Origin: Octopus sinensis
Taxonomy: Eukaryota
Direction: 5' to 3'
NCBI RefSeq assembly: GCF_006345805.1
Contig: NC_043002.1
Location: 21,700,001 to 21,764,000 of the forward strand
DNA length: 64,000 nucleotides
Part shown: positions 25,781 through 39,160 of the stretch, one piece after another
Layout of the letters: each line of letters opens with the position of its first letter
Position numbering within the stretch: position 1 is the first letter of the stretch
Translations under genes and position numbers: made by a program
Notes under the pieces: generated by a model
Seen by the model: only the letters and a program-made list of their open reading frames with translations
What the model was told of the DNA's origin: nothing
Databases searched by the model: none

Positions 25781-27199
25781 CTAAGTAAACCTGTAAGAAA
25801 TATTTTTTCCTGCTTTCTACTGATTCTGTCATCTCTTTTATATTTATTTATAATATAACATACCTAAAATATAATTATTTATGATTATGTAAGAGATCTG
25901 CACAGTTTCACTAATTATCAGGAAAAAGGTGTAGTCAGTTTAATTATGAGTTTGTAATAGTCTGCATATAGTTTTCTTTAAACAGGAAATATTGTTCTGG
26001 GGTGGCACTGAGTTCTTTTAAGAAAATTCGATAATTACAAGTGAAAATAACTGAGCTAACATTAGCTTTAAGGCAAACGATAAACATGTGCATTTTATCA
26101 CTCTGTTCTCAATATGCACATGCGTGCACACAAACACACACACACGCAAGATATACACACCTAAAACATGAATGATTATATAATTGTATAATATTGGATC
26201 ATAGCTAATTCTCAAATATAGAGTGTAACATTTTATTATGGGGAAAAAACAAATTGGAAATTGGAAGAGCTGTTAGAGCATTGGTGAGAATGTTTTGTCG
26301 TATTTGTTCCTGTTCTCTGTGTTCAAATGCTGCCAAGGTAGACGTTATTGTTCATTCTTTTAGGGTAAATAAAATAAAGTATCAGCCAAGTGCTGGGGTT
26401 GATGTAATCAATTTACCCCTCCCTTCAAAGTTACTGTGCCAAAATTTGAAATCATCATCGTCGTCATTGTGGTGATGGTTGTTGTTGAGGCAGTGAGCTG
26501 GCAGAATGGTTAGCATGCTGGACAAAATGCTTAAAGCATTTCTACCAGATTTACATTCTGAGTTCAGATTTCATCAAGGTTGACTTTACTTTTCATCCTT
26601 TCAGGATCAGTGAATTAATTACTTGTTGAACACTGGGGTTGATGTAATTGATTTAACCCCTTTTATCCAGATTTTAGCCCTTATACCTATTGTAGAAAGG
26701 ATCATCATTATCATTATTACATCATAGCTTCTTGATAATTATATTTAAAGAATCATATCTTGAGATTTAGTGACAAGTTCCCTCAAATCTCAAAGACTAT
26801 GAAAGATTTTCACAGAATATAGGATGTCAGTTTTCAGCAACTCAGTTATTGAAGGTTCAATTCATCATCATCATCATCGTTTAACATCCACTTTCCATGC
26901 TAGTATGGGTTGGATGATTTGACTGAGGACTGGTGAACCAGATGGCTGCACCAGGTTCCAATCTGATCAGGCAGAGTTTCTGCAGCTAGATGCCCTTCCT
27001 AACGCCAATTTTAAATCCAGGTTTTGTCCCCGTTAACAGGGGTGGTCGGATCTTCCTCAATGCCATAGCAACTGCCCTCACACCATCTCGCCATCTTGCC
27101 TGGTTTGGGGCGTCCTCCCTGTTCAAACCAACCCTCCCAATCCCCTCCTCCACCTGTCCCTTCCACCTTTTCCTCGGTCCACCTTGCTTTCATGTTCCA

Positions 27200-29300
27200 T
27201 TTACCTCAAACGTAATCACCCTCCTGATTCAATTCTGATTCCAAAGACCTGGAAGAAATGTCACTTAGCATTTAGTCCAACATGCAAATGATTCTGTTGG
27301 CTCTCTACCTTCTCCAACACTTCTTCTATTCAGTAAAAATCTATCGTCCTTCATACTTTCCTTCTCTCCTCTGTTGCAGTCATATCTGGTCTCTGTGTTT
27401 CTGCTACAGGATCACTTTGCTTGCAGAAATCCACATGATCTTGCAATAATTATTTTCAACAACAGATTTTTGGCTTCTGTTGGTGCCATCTTTTAATCTC
27501 CCTTCAAGCCAAATTTCTAATTTATCTTCCAGTATGTTTTACTCCATACAACTTTTATTATTGTTTTTTTTTCTCTATCTTGTTACATCTTTTAAAACTT
27601 TTTTCTCTCTTTTCATTTTCTCTCTGCTATCTTATTGTATTACACACAGTAAAATGGTTGACAATTTTGTTGACTTACCTACACATACAACACATACAAT
27701 ATTATTTGTTTCAGTCTATTTTTCGTTTAAACAAGGTTTGTTGTCCTTGTTTAACTTCAAGACAGTTTTGATCAAGTATGTTTATAACCAAAGATGTTCT
27801 AACCATGACCATCCTGTCTTCTTTCCTTCAGGAAGAACATGTCTGAAGATCTATGACAACATTATCCAATATTCTTATTGTAACACAGTGGAATGATTTG
27901 AAGGATATACAGCTGTTATTTCTAGCAGATAGAGGCACCTTCATTACTTGTTCTTATATAGTCCTGATTCTATTCTCCTTCCTCTTTAGTACTTTATCGT
28001 CATTGAGTCTATCCTACTTTTCTTCTGGATATATCTTCTCATTGCTAAACAAACTGATCATATAACACTCTTTCTATCCAGTTTCTCCTATTTTATCTCC
28101 ATTCTTTTGTTTATAACTTCTCTGTTATTTATAAATATATTTTTTTGTTGTCTATACTTCTATATATTTACCATTAATCTTTTTGACATATAAGATTCTA
28201 TTCCTTTTCCCTAACATATCTCCCTCCTGCTAGAACTATACTACATGTACTATATCTGTTGCACCATTCACCCCCTATACCTTCCCCCTTTTATTGCTGT
28301 GTACAGTCTCCTAAAACTACTGTATTGTAAGCTGTTAAAGTCTTTCTGGTTTCCCTATACATTTCCTCAAGTCTATTTCCCATCAACTCTTGAATAAAAA
28401 CTGCTAAATATCTTAATATTAGCATTGCCAGTATGTTGAACTCTTTAATCATATTCATTCTGTTTAATTTTCTTTCTAAGATTTCCCTGACTCTTCTCCT
28501 ACTTTCCTCTTCAAACTTCCTTGTCCCTTTTCTCTCTGTATTAACAGTGTGACATCCTTTCACATATCAAATTACATCACAATAGAATCATTATGGCTGG
28601 CAAAATTGCTTAGCAGCATTTTGTCTATCTTTGCATTCTGAGTTCATGTGCCACTGAGGCTGATTTTGCCTTTCATCCTTTCAGGGTTGATAAAATAAAT
28701 ACTAGCTGAGCCCTCAAATTCATGTAATTGAATATCCACCTCCCCCGAACTTGCTGGCCTTGTGCCAAAATTTGAAACCAATGTTTCTGCTGGATATTCT
28801 GTTCTTATACACTGTATCAAAGAATCCAGCCACTTCTGACTGAGTGTGAAGTTTGAGGTCATCCATGGAAGTTTTTTGTTGATTTCTTCATTATTCCTCT
28901 CAAATAGATGTTACCTTTGATTTCCTGTTTTGTAATAAAACAGGTTAATGAGCACAATGACAAAAGGTGGGAAATATCCTTGGAAAACTCCTCTTTCCAC
29001 TACGTTTTATCCAAGGATTCTTGACACTGTGGAAGTTTTATCTAGAGGTAAATCATGAGTAAGATGGTTGGATAATATAGCCTTGGTAGGTTCTGCTTGA
29101 AGATCTATCAACATCATTTGGTGATAGTTACTTCTGATAAAACCTTCAGGAAGGACATGTCTGAAGATTCTGCCCCCCCCCCCCCCGACCCTAACAGGAA
29201 TAAATGGGCAATGATGATACTTGGATGGATGGAGGAAAACCTCAAAACCCCAATCAATTTTAATATTTCATCATCATCATACATATATTTTTCCATTTTT
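27200..29300 (-). mobile_element. R4/Dong-like LINE remnant (RT to RLE), interrupted by a family B SINE at about 28595-28780
   Basis: Minus-strand FQGYFPPFVIVLINL (degenerate QGD.LSP motif), MDDLKL at 28866-28849, LDSLIQ, RRVREILERKLNRMNMIKEFN..A..ILRY (post-RT domain), and RPDM...IDF near 27390-27340. Confidence 0.65.
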
Positions 29301-30274
29301 GCATGAATTGGACATTTTTGCCCCTCTACAGTATTTCTATGCGGTTGTTCAAACTTACTTTAATGAAAACAAAATTTTTTCACTTTTTGCTTTGCCTAAA
29401 CAGAAAGGGCAGTTCAGTGGATATTGCCCTTTCTCAGGGTTTCCAGTATTGGCACACTGGTCACAGCTTGAATACCACTGATTGATGGTCTGTCTGCTGC
29501 ATTGAGAATGACCTAGGGCCATAGTTGTTTACTTTGGTGTCCCTTATCTTACCTTTCTGAAGGATAGTCAGTCTTTTTATCTGATATGATGGCATACTTC
29601 TGTTAGGCAGCATGCAAGTATAAATGCACTTTGTGCAATTTAATTGTGAAAGTTTTTATCCAGAATGTTAATTCAATCCGGACCTGGGGCCTTTCAGCTT
29701 GAAGCATTTGTTATGTTCTTTTTTTAAATAGAGCTGTTCATACTTTGATATGCTTTTTTACAATTCTGTCTTCAAGCAACTCCTATCTAGATTGTTGTTA
29801 TTTTTACTAGTACTATTGGAGAAATGTCCTTTTAAAAAATATTTGTACTTTTAAATTTTTTCACTGGCATTTTGTTTCAAATACTGAAAAAGAAATTCTT
29901 TCTGAAATTGTTTCTTTTGTTCCTCGCACATTCCTGCACATGTGCATGTTCTCACTGTCAAACTCACACAACTCTATACCCACCGATCTGTTTGTCTTTA
30001 TTTTTCTCCCTGTCTGTCTGTCTCTATTTCCTCCTTCTCTCTCTCTCTCTCTTGTTTGAAATGATGAACGCCCCACTTGCAATGTTTTCTTCACGTCTTC
30101 ATATTCTGTCAGAAAAACAAAAGTAGGGCAAACTTCTCTGTGATTCTGCGAGACATAACTGGCAGCTATTTGAATTGTTGCTGGATGTCTCAATATGTCA
30201 GATGGTGTAATCAAGAATGGTAACACAAAGACTTTCCTGTTGGAAGTGTCAGCAGCAGCAGTAGTAGTAATGAT

Positions 30275-30820
30275 ATGCCCTGATGCAATACCGGGCAATG
30301 GCTCTCATGGCTTCTGATCTTAACTGATTGGAAATGTTATCATGTACATTGTTTTGTTTTGGTATAAAAGATGGGCTACAGCAAATATTCTGCTCAATAC
30401 CACAAATTTGCTTGTCTGTTGTTTGACCATACCCAGCTGAGCATGTCCCTTGGTGTTTGACAATATGTGACTCTCTGATCACGAGCAGAAGTAGTGGAGA
30501 AGCATCATAGCCATGTCTTTGGGGTTTGAATAATTCACCTCAAAGAGTGTGCTTCATTCTCATCCTTAAACAGCCCTTATTCAGGGATGTTTTGAGTGGG
30601 ATGGGCTACTCAACTTGAATGAAAATTTTAACTGGGCCCCACCTGCAAGGTCATGTGCTGTTTATCTTGATATGAGATCACCATGTCGTGCACATATGGT
30701 TGTGATGCATGTGCTTAGTGTACCCTTATCAGACGGGTAGTCATGATGTCTATACTGGACTTCATATGTTTTACCCCAATGTCACTTTGATGGCATGCGC
30801 TGCTCTCTCACTCAATAATG

Positions 30821-30850
<30 letters not shown>
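30275..30850 (+). mobile_element. Probable non-LTR element 3' region ending in an (AAT)n tail
   Basis: Non-coding, GC-richer block ending ctctcactc(aat)n; single copy in this window, family not assigned. Confidence 0.4.
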
Positions 30851-30853
<3 letters not shown>

Positions 30854-31074
30854 TCGAGGAGGATAGTTTATTATATCAGCCCCGGTGCATCACTAGTACT
30901 TTTATTTTGTTAACCCCAAAAGAATGATAGATAACATTGACCTTGCTACAACTCAAACATTGTACTTTATTGATTCTGCTGATCTATATCTAGCAGGCCA
31001 AGCAACCACGTAGAAGCTTTCTCCCTCATTTATTGAAAGATATATAAACACTGAAAATGTGCAGAAAATAGACT

Positions 31075-32180
31075 CCATCAGCTCCCAGAGAGGCAAGCTA
31101 GAGGTAGTAGATAGCTTCCATTATCTAGGTGACCAAGTTAGTAGTGGGGATGGATACTCCGAGAGTGTAACTGTGAGAATAAGATTAGGCTGAGCACAGT
31201 TCAGAGAGCTCCTGCCCCTGCAGGCAACAAAGGCCTCTCTCTCAGAGTGAAATGCAAATTGTTTGATGCCTGTGTGCAAACAGCTATGCTGCATAGCAAT
31301 GAAACATGGGGTATGACAGCTGAGGACATGTGTAGGCTTGAAAGAAATGAAGCCAGTATGTTTTGTTGGATGTGCAATGTCAGTGTGCATGCTCAACAGA
31401 GTGTAAGTACCTTGAGAGAAAAGTTAGGCATAAGAGGAATCAGATGTGGTGTGCAAGAGAGATGACTGCACTGGTATGATCACATGATACATATGGACAA
31501 GGACAGCTGTGTAAAGAAGTGCCGATCTCTAACTGTGGAGGGAACCTGTTGTAGAGGTAGACCCAAAAGACATGGGATGAAGTAGTGAAGCATGACCTTT
31601 GAACTTTGAGCCTCACATAGGCGATGACTGATGACCAAGACCTTTAGCAATTAGCTGTGCTTGAGAGGACCTGTCAAGCCAAGTGCACCCATTATAGTGG
31701 CGCATAATGAACATTTTTTTAACATTGGGCCTCACGAAGGCAAAGTGGCTGATTTCCTCTCCAGCGTTGGGCCTCAAGAAGGCAAAGTGGCTGAGTTCTT
31801 CTCAAGCGTTGGGCCTCACAGAGGCAAGGTGGCTGAGTTCCTTTTGAGCGTTGGGCCTCACAGAAGCAATGACCAAGACCTTTGGTATTATGTCATGCTT
31901 GAGAAGAAGACTGATCAAGCCGAGCAAAATCACAGTCATGGAAGATACCAGTGTCATGCAAATTAGCACCCATGCCGGTGGCACATAAACACACCCTGGT
32001 ATCAAACAAATGGCACATAAAAGCACCCATAACACTCTCAGAGTGGTTGGCATTAGGAAAGGCACCCAGCAATAGAAAACCATGCCAATTCAGATTGAAG
32101 TCTGGTGCAGCTTTCCAGCATGCCAGCCCAGTCAAACCCATGCCAGTTTAGACAACGGATGTTAAATGATGATGATGATA
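31075..32180 (+). mobile_element. RTE-clade LINE 3' fragment including its 3' UTR
   Basis: LEVVDSFHYLGDQV...RIRLG...VKCKLFDACVQTAMLHSNETW...RLERNEASM...GIRCGVQERRLHWY.H...RGRP; continues directly into the family C sequence and a (gat)n tail. Confidence 0.85.
31723..31866 (+). repeat. 42-bp minisatellite (about 3.5 copies) inside the RTE end
   Basis: ttgggcctcac.gaaggcaaagtggctga.tt... with period 42 (31725/31767/31809/31851). Confidence 0.9.
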
Positions 32181-32643
32181 TAGTTTAACATGAAAGGTGG
32201 CTACGGTGACATGACATTGCAAAATTAATCCTTCCCTAAACATCAAGGGTCCATTAGAGAGTTGATTAAATTTTAAATTTTGTAACATTTTCTCTGATTG
32301 AAGAGACACATCTCCTTTTGGATAGGATGCCAGTCTATTATTCATTAACTTACCCTGAAGATCTGCTATCCAAATTCATGCATAAGCTGTGATGTATTTG
32401 TTATGCTAATATTGTTAGCATGCATTTCACAAGCTGATTAAGGCTGTTTAAGGTGGCCAGGCTACCAGATCAATCTCGGAGCTTGGCTGTCCAGTTGAAT
32501 AATACTTTTGAACATAAAGGACCACATGTGACAATGGATTTACTTGCTAAAATACAGTACAGCACAACATAGGTTTTGTAAGGTAGTAACAATGAAGTTT
32601 TACGTGATGACCAGATGACACTAACTTGACTGTAACCGCTTTG

Positions 32644-32852
32644 AAATGAAGGAACTTCTGGACTCTAGTGGGAAAAAAAAAATGATTTGTTTTATCAAAA
32701 TCAAGTATGATGGTTTATACGAAAAGCCACCTCCTGGAACTTGAACAAATGAAGGAACTTCTGGACTCTAGTGGGAAAAAAAAATGATTTGTTTTATCAA
32801 AATCAAGTATGATGGTTTATACGAAAAGCCACCTCCTGGAACTTGAACAAAT
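32644..32852 (+). repeat. Near-perfect ~103-bp tandem duplication
   Basis: Units start at 32644 and 32747 and differ only by one A in the poly-A run. Confidence 0.9.
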
Positions 32853-33404
32853 GGATTTATGCTCATAGAGGGTTTGAGATTATGTTGTGAGGTTATTTCC
32901 AAAAGAAATCAATAATTACTAAAAGGATGCTTATCATAACATTAAAATCTGACTGAATTCGTTTAAAGTTATTTTCGATATTAAATAGTCAGCTTGTTTT
33001 TGTGAATTAAAATAAATGAATAAATAAAACAAAAATAATTGTAGCTAATGAACAGAATTCAGAAGATGATAAAATTCAGATGAGACTTTTATAGTTGCTA
33101 TGTAATCATCCGAGTATTAGAATATCTTCAATCAGATAATCCAAGGCTTAATACATATATTGAATTTATTCTCCAGCTTGAATTGTTTTCTAAATTTCTG
33201 ATGATGTGGAGGGGGTGGAATCAAAGTGTAGGGGTCATCTTGATGATGTCACTGTGTAACATTGATAGAATCAAGTAGAAACTTGGCTGTAAACGTCTGT
33301 TTTTTGGATATAAACCCTGGAAATGTCCTATAATTGGTAAACAAGTTTTAAATGTAAATTTATAAAAGGGTCAGTTTCTAACTGTACTCCTATCTCTTAT
33401 TTGT

Positions 33405-33780
33405 TTCAGTCATTAGACTGTGGTCATGCTGGGGCAACACCTTGAAGAAATTTTAGTTAAATGAATTGACCCCTAACCCTAACCCTTATAAGCCTGCTTT
33501 TTATTGTATTCTCTTTTCCTGAATTGCTATGGTATAGGGATGTAAACACACCAACACTGGTTGTCAAGTAGTGGTGGGGTACAAATACACACATGTGCAC
33601 ATGCATGCACACACACACATAGACAGACACACAACAGGCTTCTTTCAGTTTTTGTCTACCAAATCCACTCACAAGGCTTTGGACAGACTGAGGCTATAGT
33701 AGAAGACACTTGCCCAAAGTGCCATGCAGTGGGACTGAACCTAGAACCATGTGGTTGGAAAACAAGCTTGTTACCACTTG
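33405..33780 (-). mobile_element. SINE family A nested in the Gypsy element
   Basis: Family A head and tail motifs. Confidence 0.8.
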
Positions 33781-35423
33781 GCCTCATCTGCACCAATGTT
33801 TACAAAAACAGCTGAATAAATTACAGAAATTGGGAAATGAATATTCTGGAAGTATTTATGAAACTGGCTCAAAGCAACTATAAAAGACCAATATAAAACT
33901 CAGCATTTTTTAAACATTAAGATACTAGATGAAAATGGCAGTCAGGAAACTGTGATACTTTAGAATTCTGGATTAATTTGAATAAACAAGATTAAGAAAG
34001 TGTAATCTCAAACTAAAGCACCTTTATAGATCAGTCATTGAAATTTTGGCCCTGTCTGAATCATTAATGGAAATTGATAAAAACATAGAAACTGTAAAAT
34101 GCCTTTGATGTAGAATGTGATAGAAAATAAAAAATATGGTTTACTTGGTATGGATGTGATAAATGTTGATAGTTCAACATTAATTCATGATGAAGCACAA
34201 GGACAATTTTGAAAGATTTAGAGGATTTTTAAGGTTAACGTTCTTCTCAGAGGAAATGACAATCCATGTTGTTTTGAAGCAAACCCATTCCCAATACACA
34301 TTAAACCATTAGTCATAGTAAAACTGTGGGAACTAATTAACGAAGATCGTTCAGAGAAGTTCCTCCCTCTGGTATTAAATGGGCCTCTCTTTTGGTAATA
34401 AATCGATGGGGTTATTCAGATATGGGGAGACTGTGAAGTAGATGTAAATGACAGAGTTTCAGATTTTTATCCAACTCTAAATGCCATGTATTGATTGATG
34501 CAATGCCCCAACTGGAATTTATAATGTTTGGATGAATGTGGTGGTGGTGGTGGGTTTTTTTCCCTCCCTCTATTTATGATATGTAAAAATGTAAAATTAG
34601 AAACTGCCTATGATAATATTTTATCTAGTGTATCACAATGAGTTTTAAATAATAGCTGGAGCAAGTGTTCTGTTATGGAAAGGCCATTTAAGTCATTGAC
34701 AAATAAGTTAACAAGTGAAGGTGGTGTCTTGCATAACAGAAAATTAATTGTTTCACTAACTTGTTCAAGAACATTAAAAGATATGCTTGACAATGTTCAT
34801 TGTGGCCCAACATCATTAAAGGACTGGTTGAAATTAGAAATGTATTGGCCAGGGTTCTACAAGTGTGTGGAATGATATGTTAGATGTCCAACAAAACTGG
34901 AATTACCTCACACTGTATAGACGTAGCATAATAAAGAAATTAAAGCATGTGTGGATATGGATCATACTTTTGACACAGCACTTATTGATGCATACTGTGG
35001 GTGGTCAGAAGCGATAAAAGTTAAGAATAAAGATGCAAAAGCAGATAAGGGCAGGTATTAAGAATGTTGTTTGCTAGAAATGGTGGTCCAGAAACATTAA
35101 TGCCTGACAATGTCTGTGATATAGAACAATGATAACAAGTTGTGTATACGGCTTGATAAGATTGGATATAAACTCACGAAATGCCTCTATATCATGCAGA
35201 GTCAAATGGAACTGCTAAAGAAAGGTTGCAAGTGTTAAAATAGGTTTCAATGCATATTTATCATATATAGGTTCTATTAATGCATGTTTAAACTAAATGC
35301 TTTTGACTTATCAGACAATCCCTTATACTGAGGAAACCTTTTCACTCCATCTGCTTTGATGGGCAAACAAATATGATGACCAGTAACAATTTATTGTGAC
35401 ATTGCTGCTCAAGTTTTATACTA

Positions 35424-35665
35424 TCATCATCATTGTTTAACATCCGTTTTCCATGCTAGCACGGGTTGGACAGTTCGACTGGGGTCTGGGAAGTTAGGAG
35501 GCTGCACCAGGCTCCAGTCTGATCTGGCAGTGTTTCTACAGCTGGATGCCCCTTCCTAACGCTAACCACTCCGTGAGTGTAGTGAGTGCTTTTTACGTGC
35601 CACCGGCACAGATGCCAGGGGATGCTGGCAGCAGTCATGATCCGTTGGTGCTTTTTACATGCCAG
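35424..35665 (-). mobile_element. Family C repeat nested in the Gypsy element
   Basis: catcatcattgtttaacatccgttttccatgctagc...ggatgccccttcctaacgc. Confidence 0.8.
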
Positions 35666-35971
35666 TGCCCAAGAAATAATAAACCATAAATCAGATTTAT
35701 ATCCCAGGCTGAAATTAATAGTATAAGACTGAAGGGCGAACAGCATATACAAGTTCACACAGAGCAGATGAATAATGGTACAAATATTGATAATGGACTG
35801 CAGGTTCAGTCCCTCAAGTTTTGAATGATATTTCAGACTGTTAATAAAGATAGTGATTTGACAACTGAATCAGGAACAAATGCTGCAAATGGTGAGATGT
35901 TATTCTCAATTAGCAATAGGAATTAAATCAATTTTGCTTCTGTATGTAAATGTCATTATGCTAATATTTGT

Positions 35972-36279
35972 CGTGATCACGTGACCGACCAGGCTATCAG
36001 ATGTTGCTACACATCGCTGGTCAAAATGCGCTTTGCATTATTTTAGCCTTCAAATGACGCCACCCCACTGGCTAAGCGAGCAGGCCAACAGAAGAAAGTG
36101 TGAGAGAAAGTTGAGGGCGGAAGAGTACAGCAGGGGTCGCCACCACTCCCTGCCGGAGACTTGTGGAACTTTAGTTATTTTCACTCTATAAACACACACA
36201 ACGCCCGGTCTGGGAATTGAAACCGCGATCCTCCGACCATGAATCTGCTACCCTAATGACTGGGCCATTGTGCCTCCAC
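35972..36279 (-). mobile_element. Family D SINE inserted in the 3' LTR with an 8-bp TSD
   Basis: TSD atatttgt at 35964-35971 and 36280-36287; tRNA-like head gtggaggcacaatggcccagtc...gtttcaattcc. Confidence 0.85.
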
Positions 36280-37099
36280 ATATTTGTAATATTGCATGTA
36301 TTTTATACACAAGCTGATTAAGATTATTTAAGTTGGTTTCCAGCTTGATGTTTGAGCTTGGCTATTCAGTTGAATAAAGCTTCTGAATATAAAGGATTGC
36401 ATGCAACTACAGCTTTACTTTGATACATACTGTACAATACAGCAGAAACAGCATAGATATAATAAAGTGTCCTAGCCAGAAAGACAGTGAAATTTCTACA
36501 CTGAATACTGAACCCCACCACCCATCATCTTTGTTTTACCTTGTTCCATTTCACTAATATTGCCATTGATGATACATGATGATTCACTGTCTTGGCTATT
36601 TATGTGGTTCATTTAAAACCATGGCAAATTTTCTATCTGCAAGGTACTAATGGCTCTGTCAGGGCTTATATTACCCTCTGACTTGTATCTTTTCACAATG
36701 GTCAGCTAAGACTGCAGTCTTCTGGAGCTAGACAGAAGCATTCATTCTACTTAAGATATTTTACTGTCCTTTTATATTAGTCATATAATACAATACTGTC
36801 CTCTAGCCCGATGTAAGTTTATTATTTACTCTCCTTTCACGTTAGCAAGATAATACAGCATTGGCCGATGCAGAATAAATTTTCTGTGATTTTTAAACTG
36901 TGGAGTGGCCAAATCAATAACATTGATTTGTTTTCAATTTTTAACCTCCACTTGACTTCTAACTATTGAGTCGAGTTACTCTCTCTCTCTCTCTCTCTCT
37001 CTCTCCTTAGAGAAGCAGTATTGCTTACTCTGACCAGCCCTTACTAAGCCACATGTAAATCTCCTCTCAAAAAAAAACAAATTAAAGTGAATGGAAAGA

Positions 37100-38490
37100 A
37101 TTAGAAGATGTTATATTATTCACAACAGTCCTTCCTTCCATCCCAGAATATCAACTTCCTGACCATATTTTGTCTTGTAAAGCTTATTGGCACTGGTCCT
37201 ACTATGACCACTACCTCACTAAACCATAAAATAAAATATAATTAAATGTAATATTACTTTATTTGGAATCAAACAATTAATCAGTCCCTCATTCCATAAA
37301 AATATATATGGCATGGTCAGGATTGGAGCATCTTTGGTCGCAAGTGTCATCAGTGAGCTGGATTTGATAACATGGTTACTAGTGGTGGCTGCTGGTGATA
37401 AATCTCTGCAATCATTTATTTTCTGCCCCTTTCTTGAAAATCTGCTGCATGCAGAAAGGTATTCAAAGTAATGGTGGCAATATTGTTACAGAATGTATTC
37501 CGTTGGTTTGCTCTAGAGGAAGGGGTTATATTTATGGCCTTTGCAGATCTTCCAATATCAACAGTTAATGTTCATATTGATATCTTTGAGAGAAGCATCT
37601 ACAGGGCAGGGGAGTAGGGAAAGCATTCCAATGTGTTGACATTCTGGGGAGAAGAATTGGCTGCAGGGGTTAGTGTTGGGTCATAAGATTTTTATACAAT
37701 ACAAATGATGAGCAGAAGAGGGAGATGAGTGATTCAGGCATACTTGAATGGTTGTGGTGGTATGAAACGAGCCAGCTTTGATGAATAGCAGTCACAGTAA
37801 TAATGATAGAAAAGGTAGGAAAAAAGCAAGTAAAATAGCACAATTATGGACCAGATGTTGGAGTGAATTCATACCAATCATGCAATCTAAAATGTCTAAA
37901 TTACAGGGTGCCACCTAAATTCAGGAGTAGTACACCATTGTGGGTTTCACTTGAGTTGAGTAGAGGTAGTAATTATTGAGCACTGAAATATTTTCATACT
38001 TTAAAAAGAAAGACCAATCTTTGTTATGTAGTTTTGCTTTATGTTGAAGGTCTGTCTTTACCAGGAGAAATCCACATTGATGGTGAAGCCTAGCATTTGT
38101 GAGATGATCCTGTGGATTTCAGTTATATGCTGCTCTTGTCTGGAGAGATGAGAGCATCAGTAATGTTCTCTTGACATGTGTAGTGACTGTATCTTAGTTC
38201 TATAGAAAGAGACAAAATTGGCATGACCCCATAGAAGGATGTTTTCCAGAACTCTTCTTGTTGTCAATGAGGGTTTTTTGTGAAGTGCCTGGGTTACATG
38301 GGGATGACACAGGGTTGTGGAATTTTAGAGAGGAATGATGGGTGATATCTTCTGTGTAGGAGTGAATGTTGTTGGACATGACAATAAGTAAATCCTCAGT
38401 GTGCAACATGAAAAGTGTAAGGGACAAAACTGAACCTTGGGGTATAGAAGAGCTGATGGAGTGAGTTAGATAGAGCCTAATTAGCACAAG
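37100..38490 (-). mobile_element. CR1/L2/Jockey-type LINE RT remnant
   Basis: ORF 38200-38487: SIPQGSVLSLTLFMLHTEDLL...IHSYTEDIT (degenerate PQGS and YADD motifs). The extent downstream is approximate. Confidence 0.65.
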
Positions 38491-38749
38491 GCAGCATCAA
38501 ATCGGAAACACTGATCCAAGAGACAAGAGCCGGGCAGAGCACATCAGGGGGTTGGTTTTTTAGGATATTTATTTGCACTCAAATCACATCACATTTTCTC
38601 TCTCTGTCTCTTTCTCTCTTTTTCCCTCTGTCTTCCCTTTCTCTCCAGGTCTTTGTCTATTTCTCTCTCTGTTTCTTGTTCTTTCTCTCCGATTCCTTCA
38701 TGACATCTCACTCCCCATCTCTTTGTGTTTTCCCCACATCCTTTCTTAT

Positions 38750-39160
38750 TTCTTTATTGCCCACAAGGGGCTAAACATAGAGGGTACAAACAAGGACAGA
38801 CAAAGGGATTAAGTTGATTAGATCGACTCCAGTGCATAACTGATACTTAATTTATCGACCCCAAAAGGATGAAAGGCAAAGTCAACCTTGGCGGAATTTG
38901 AACTCAGAACGTAACTGCAGACAAAATACCTATTTCTTTACTACCCACAAGGGGCTAAACACAGAGAGGACAAACGAAGACAGACAAACAGATTAAGTTG
39001 ATTATATCGACCCCAGTGCGTAACTGGTACTTATTTAATCGACCTCAAAAGAATGAAAGGCAAAGTCGACCTCGTCAGAATTTGAACTCAGATCATAGCG
39101 GCATACGAAATACCGCTAAGCATTTCGCTTGGTGTGCTAATGTTTCTGCCAGCTCGCCAC
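38750..39160 (-). mobile_element. Tandem pair of family B SINEs
   Basis: Two copies of aaggatgaaaggcaaagtc.acct.g.cggaatttgaactcag. Confidence 0.8.

Larger units (their letters stand above)
32388..36452 (+). mobile_element. Decayed Ty3/Gypsy LTR retrotransposon with nested SINEs
   Basis: LTR-like direct repeats at about 32388-32569 and 35941-36452 (share cacaagctgattaag...gagcttggct..cagttgaataa...ataaagga). Protease-like LLGMDVI near 34140; RT N-terminus KWAS..V...DG.I.I.GD...VN at 34370-34490; integrase H2C2 region HCGP..L...MYWPG; core MDHTF..ALIDAYCGWSE...LFARNGGPETLMPDN...YHAESNG. Confidence 0.8.
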
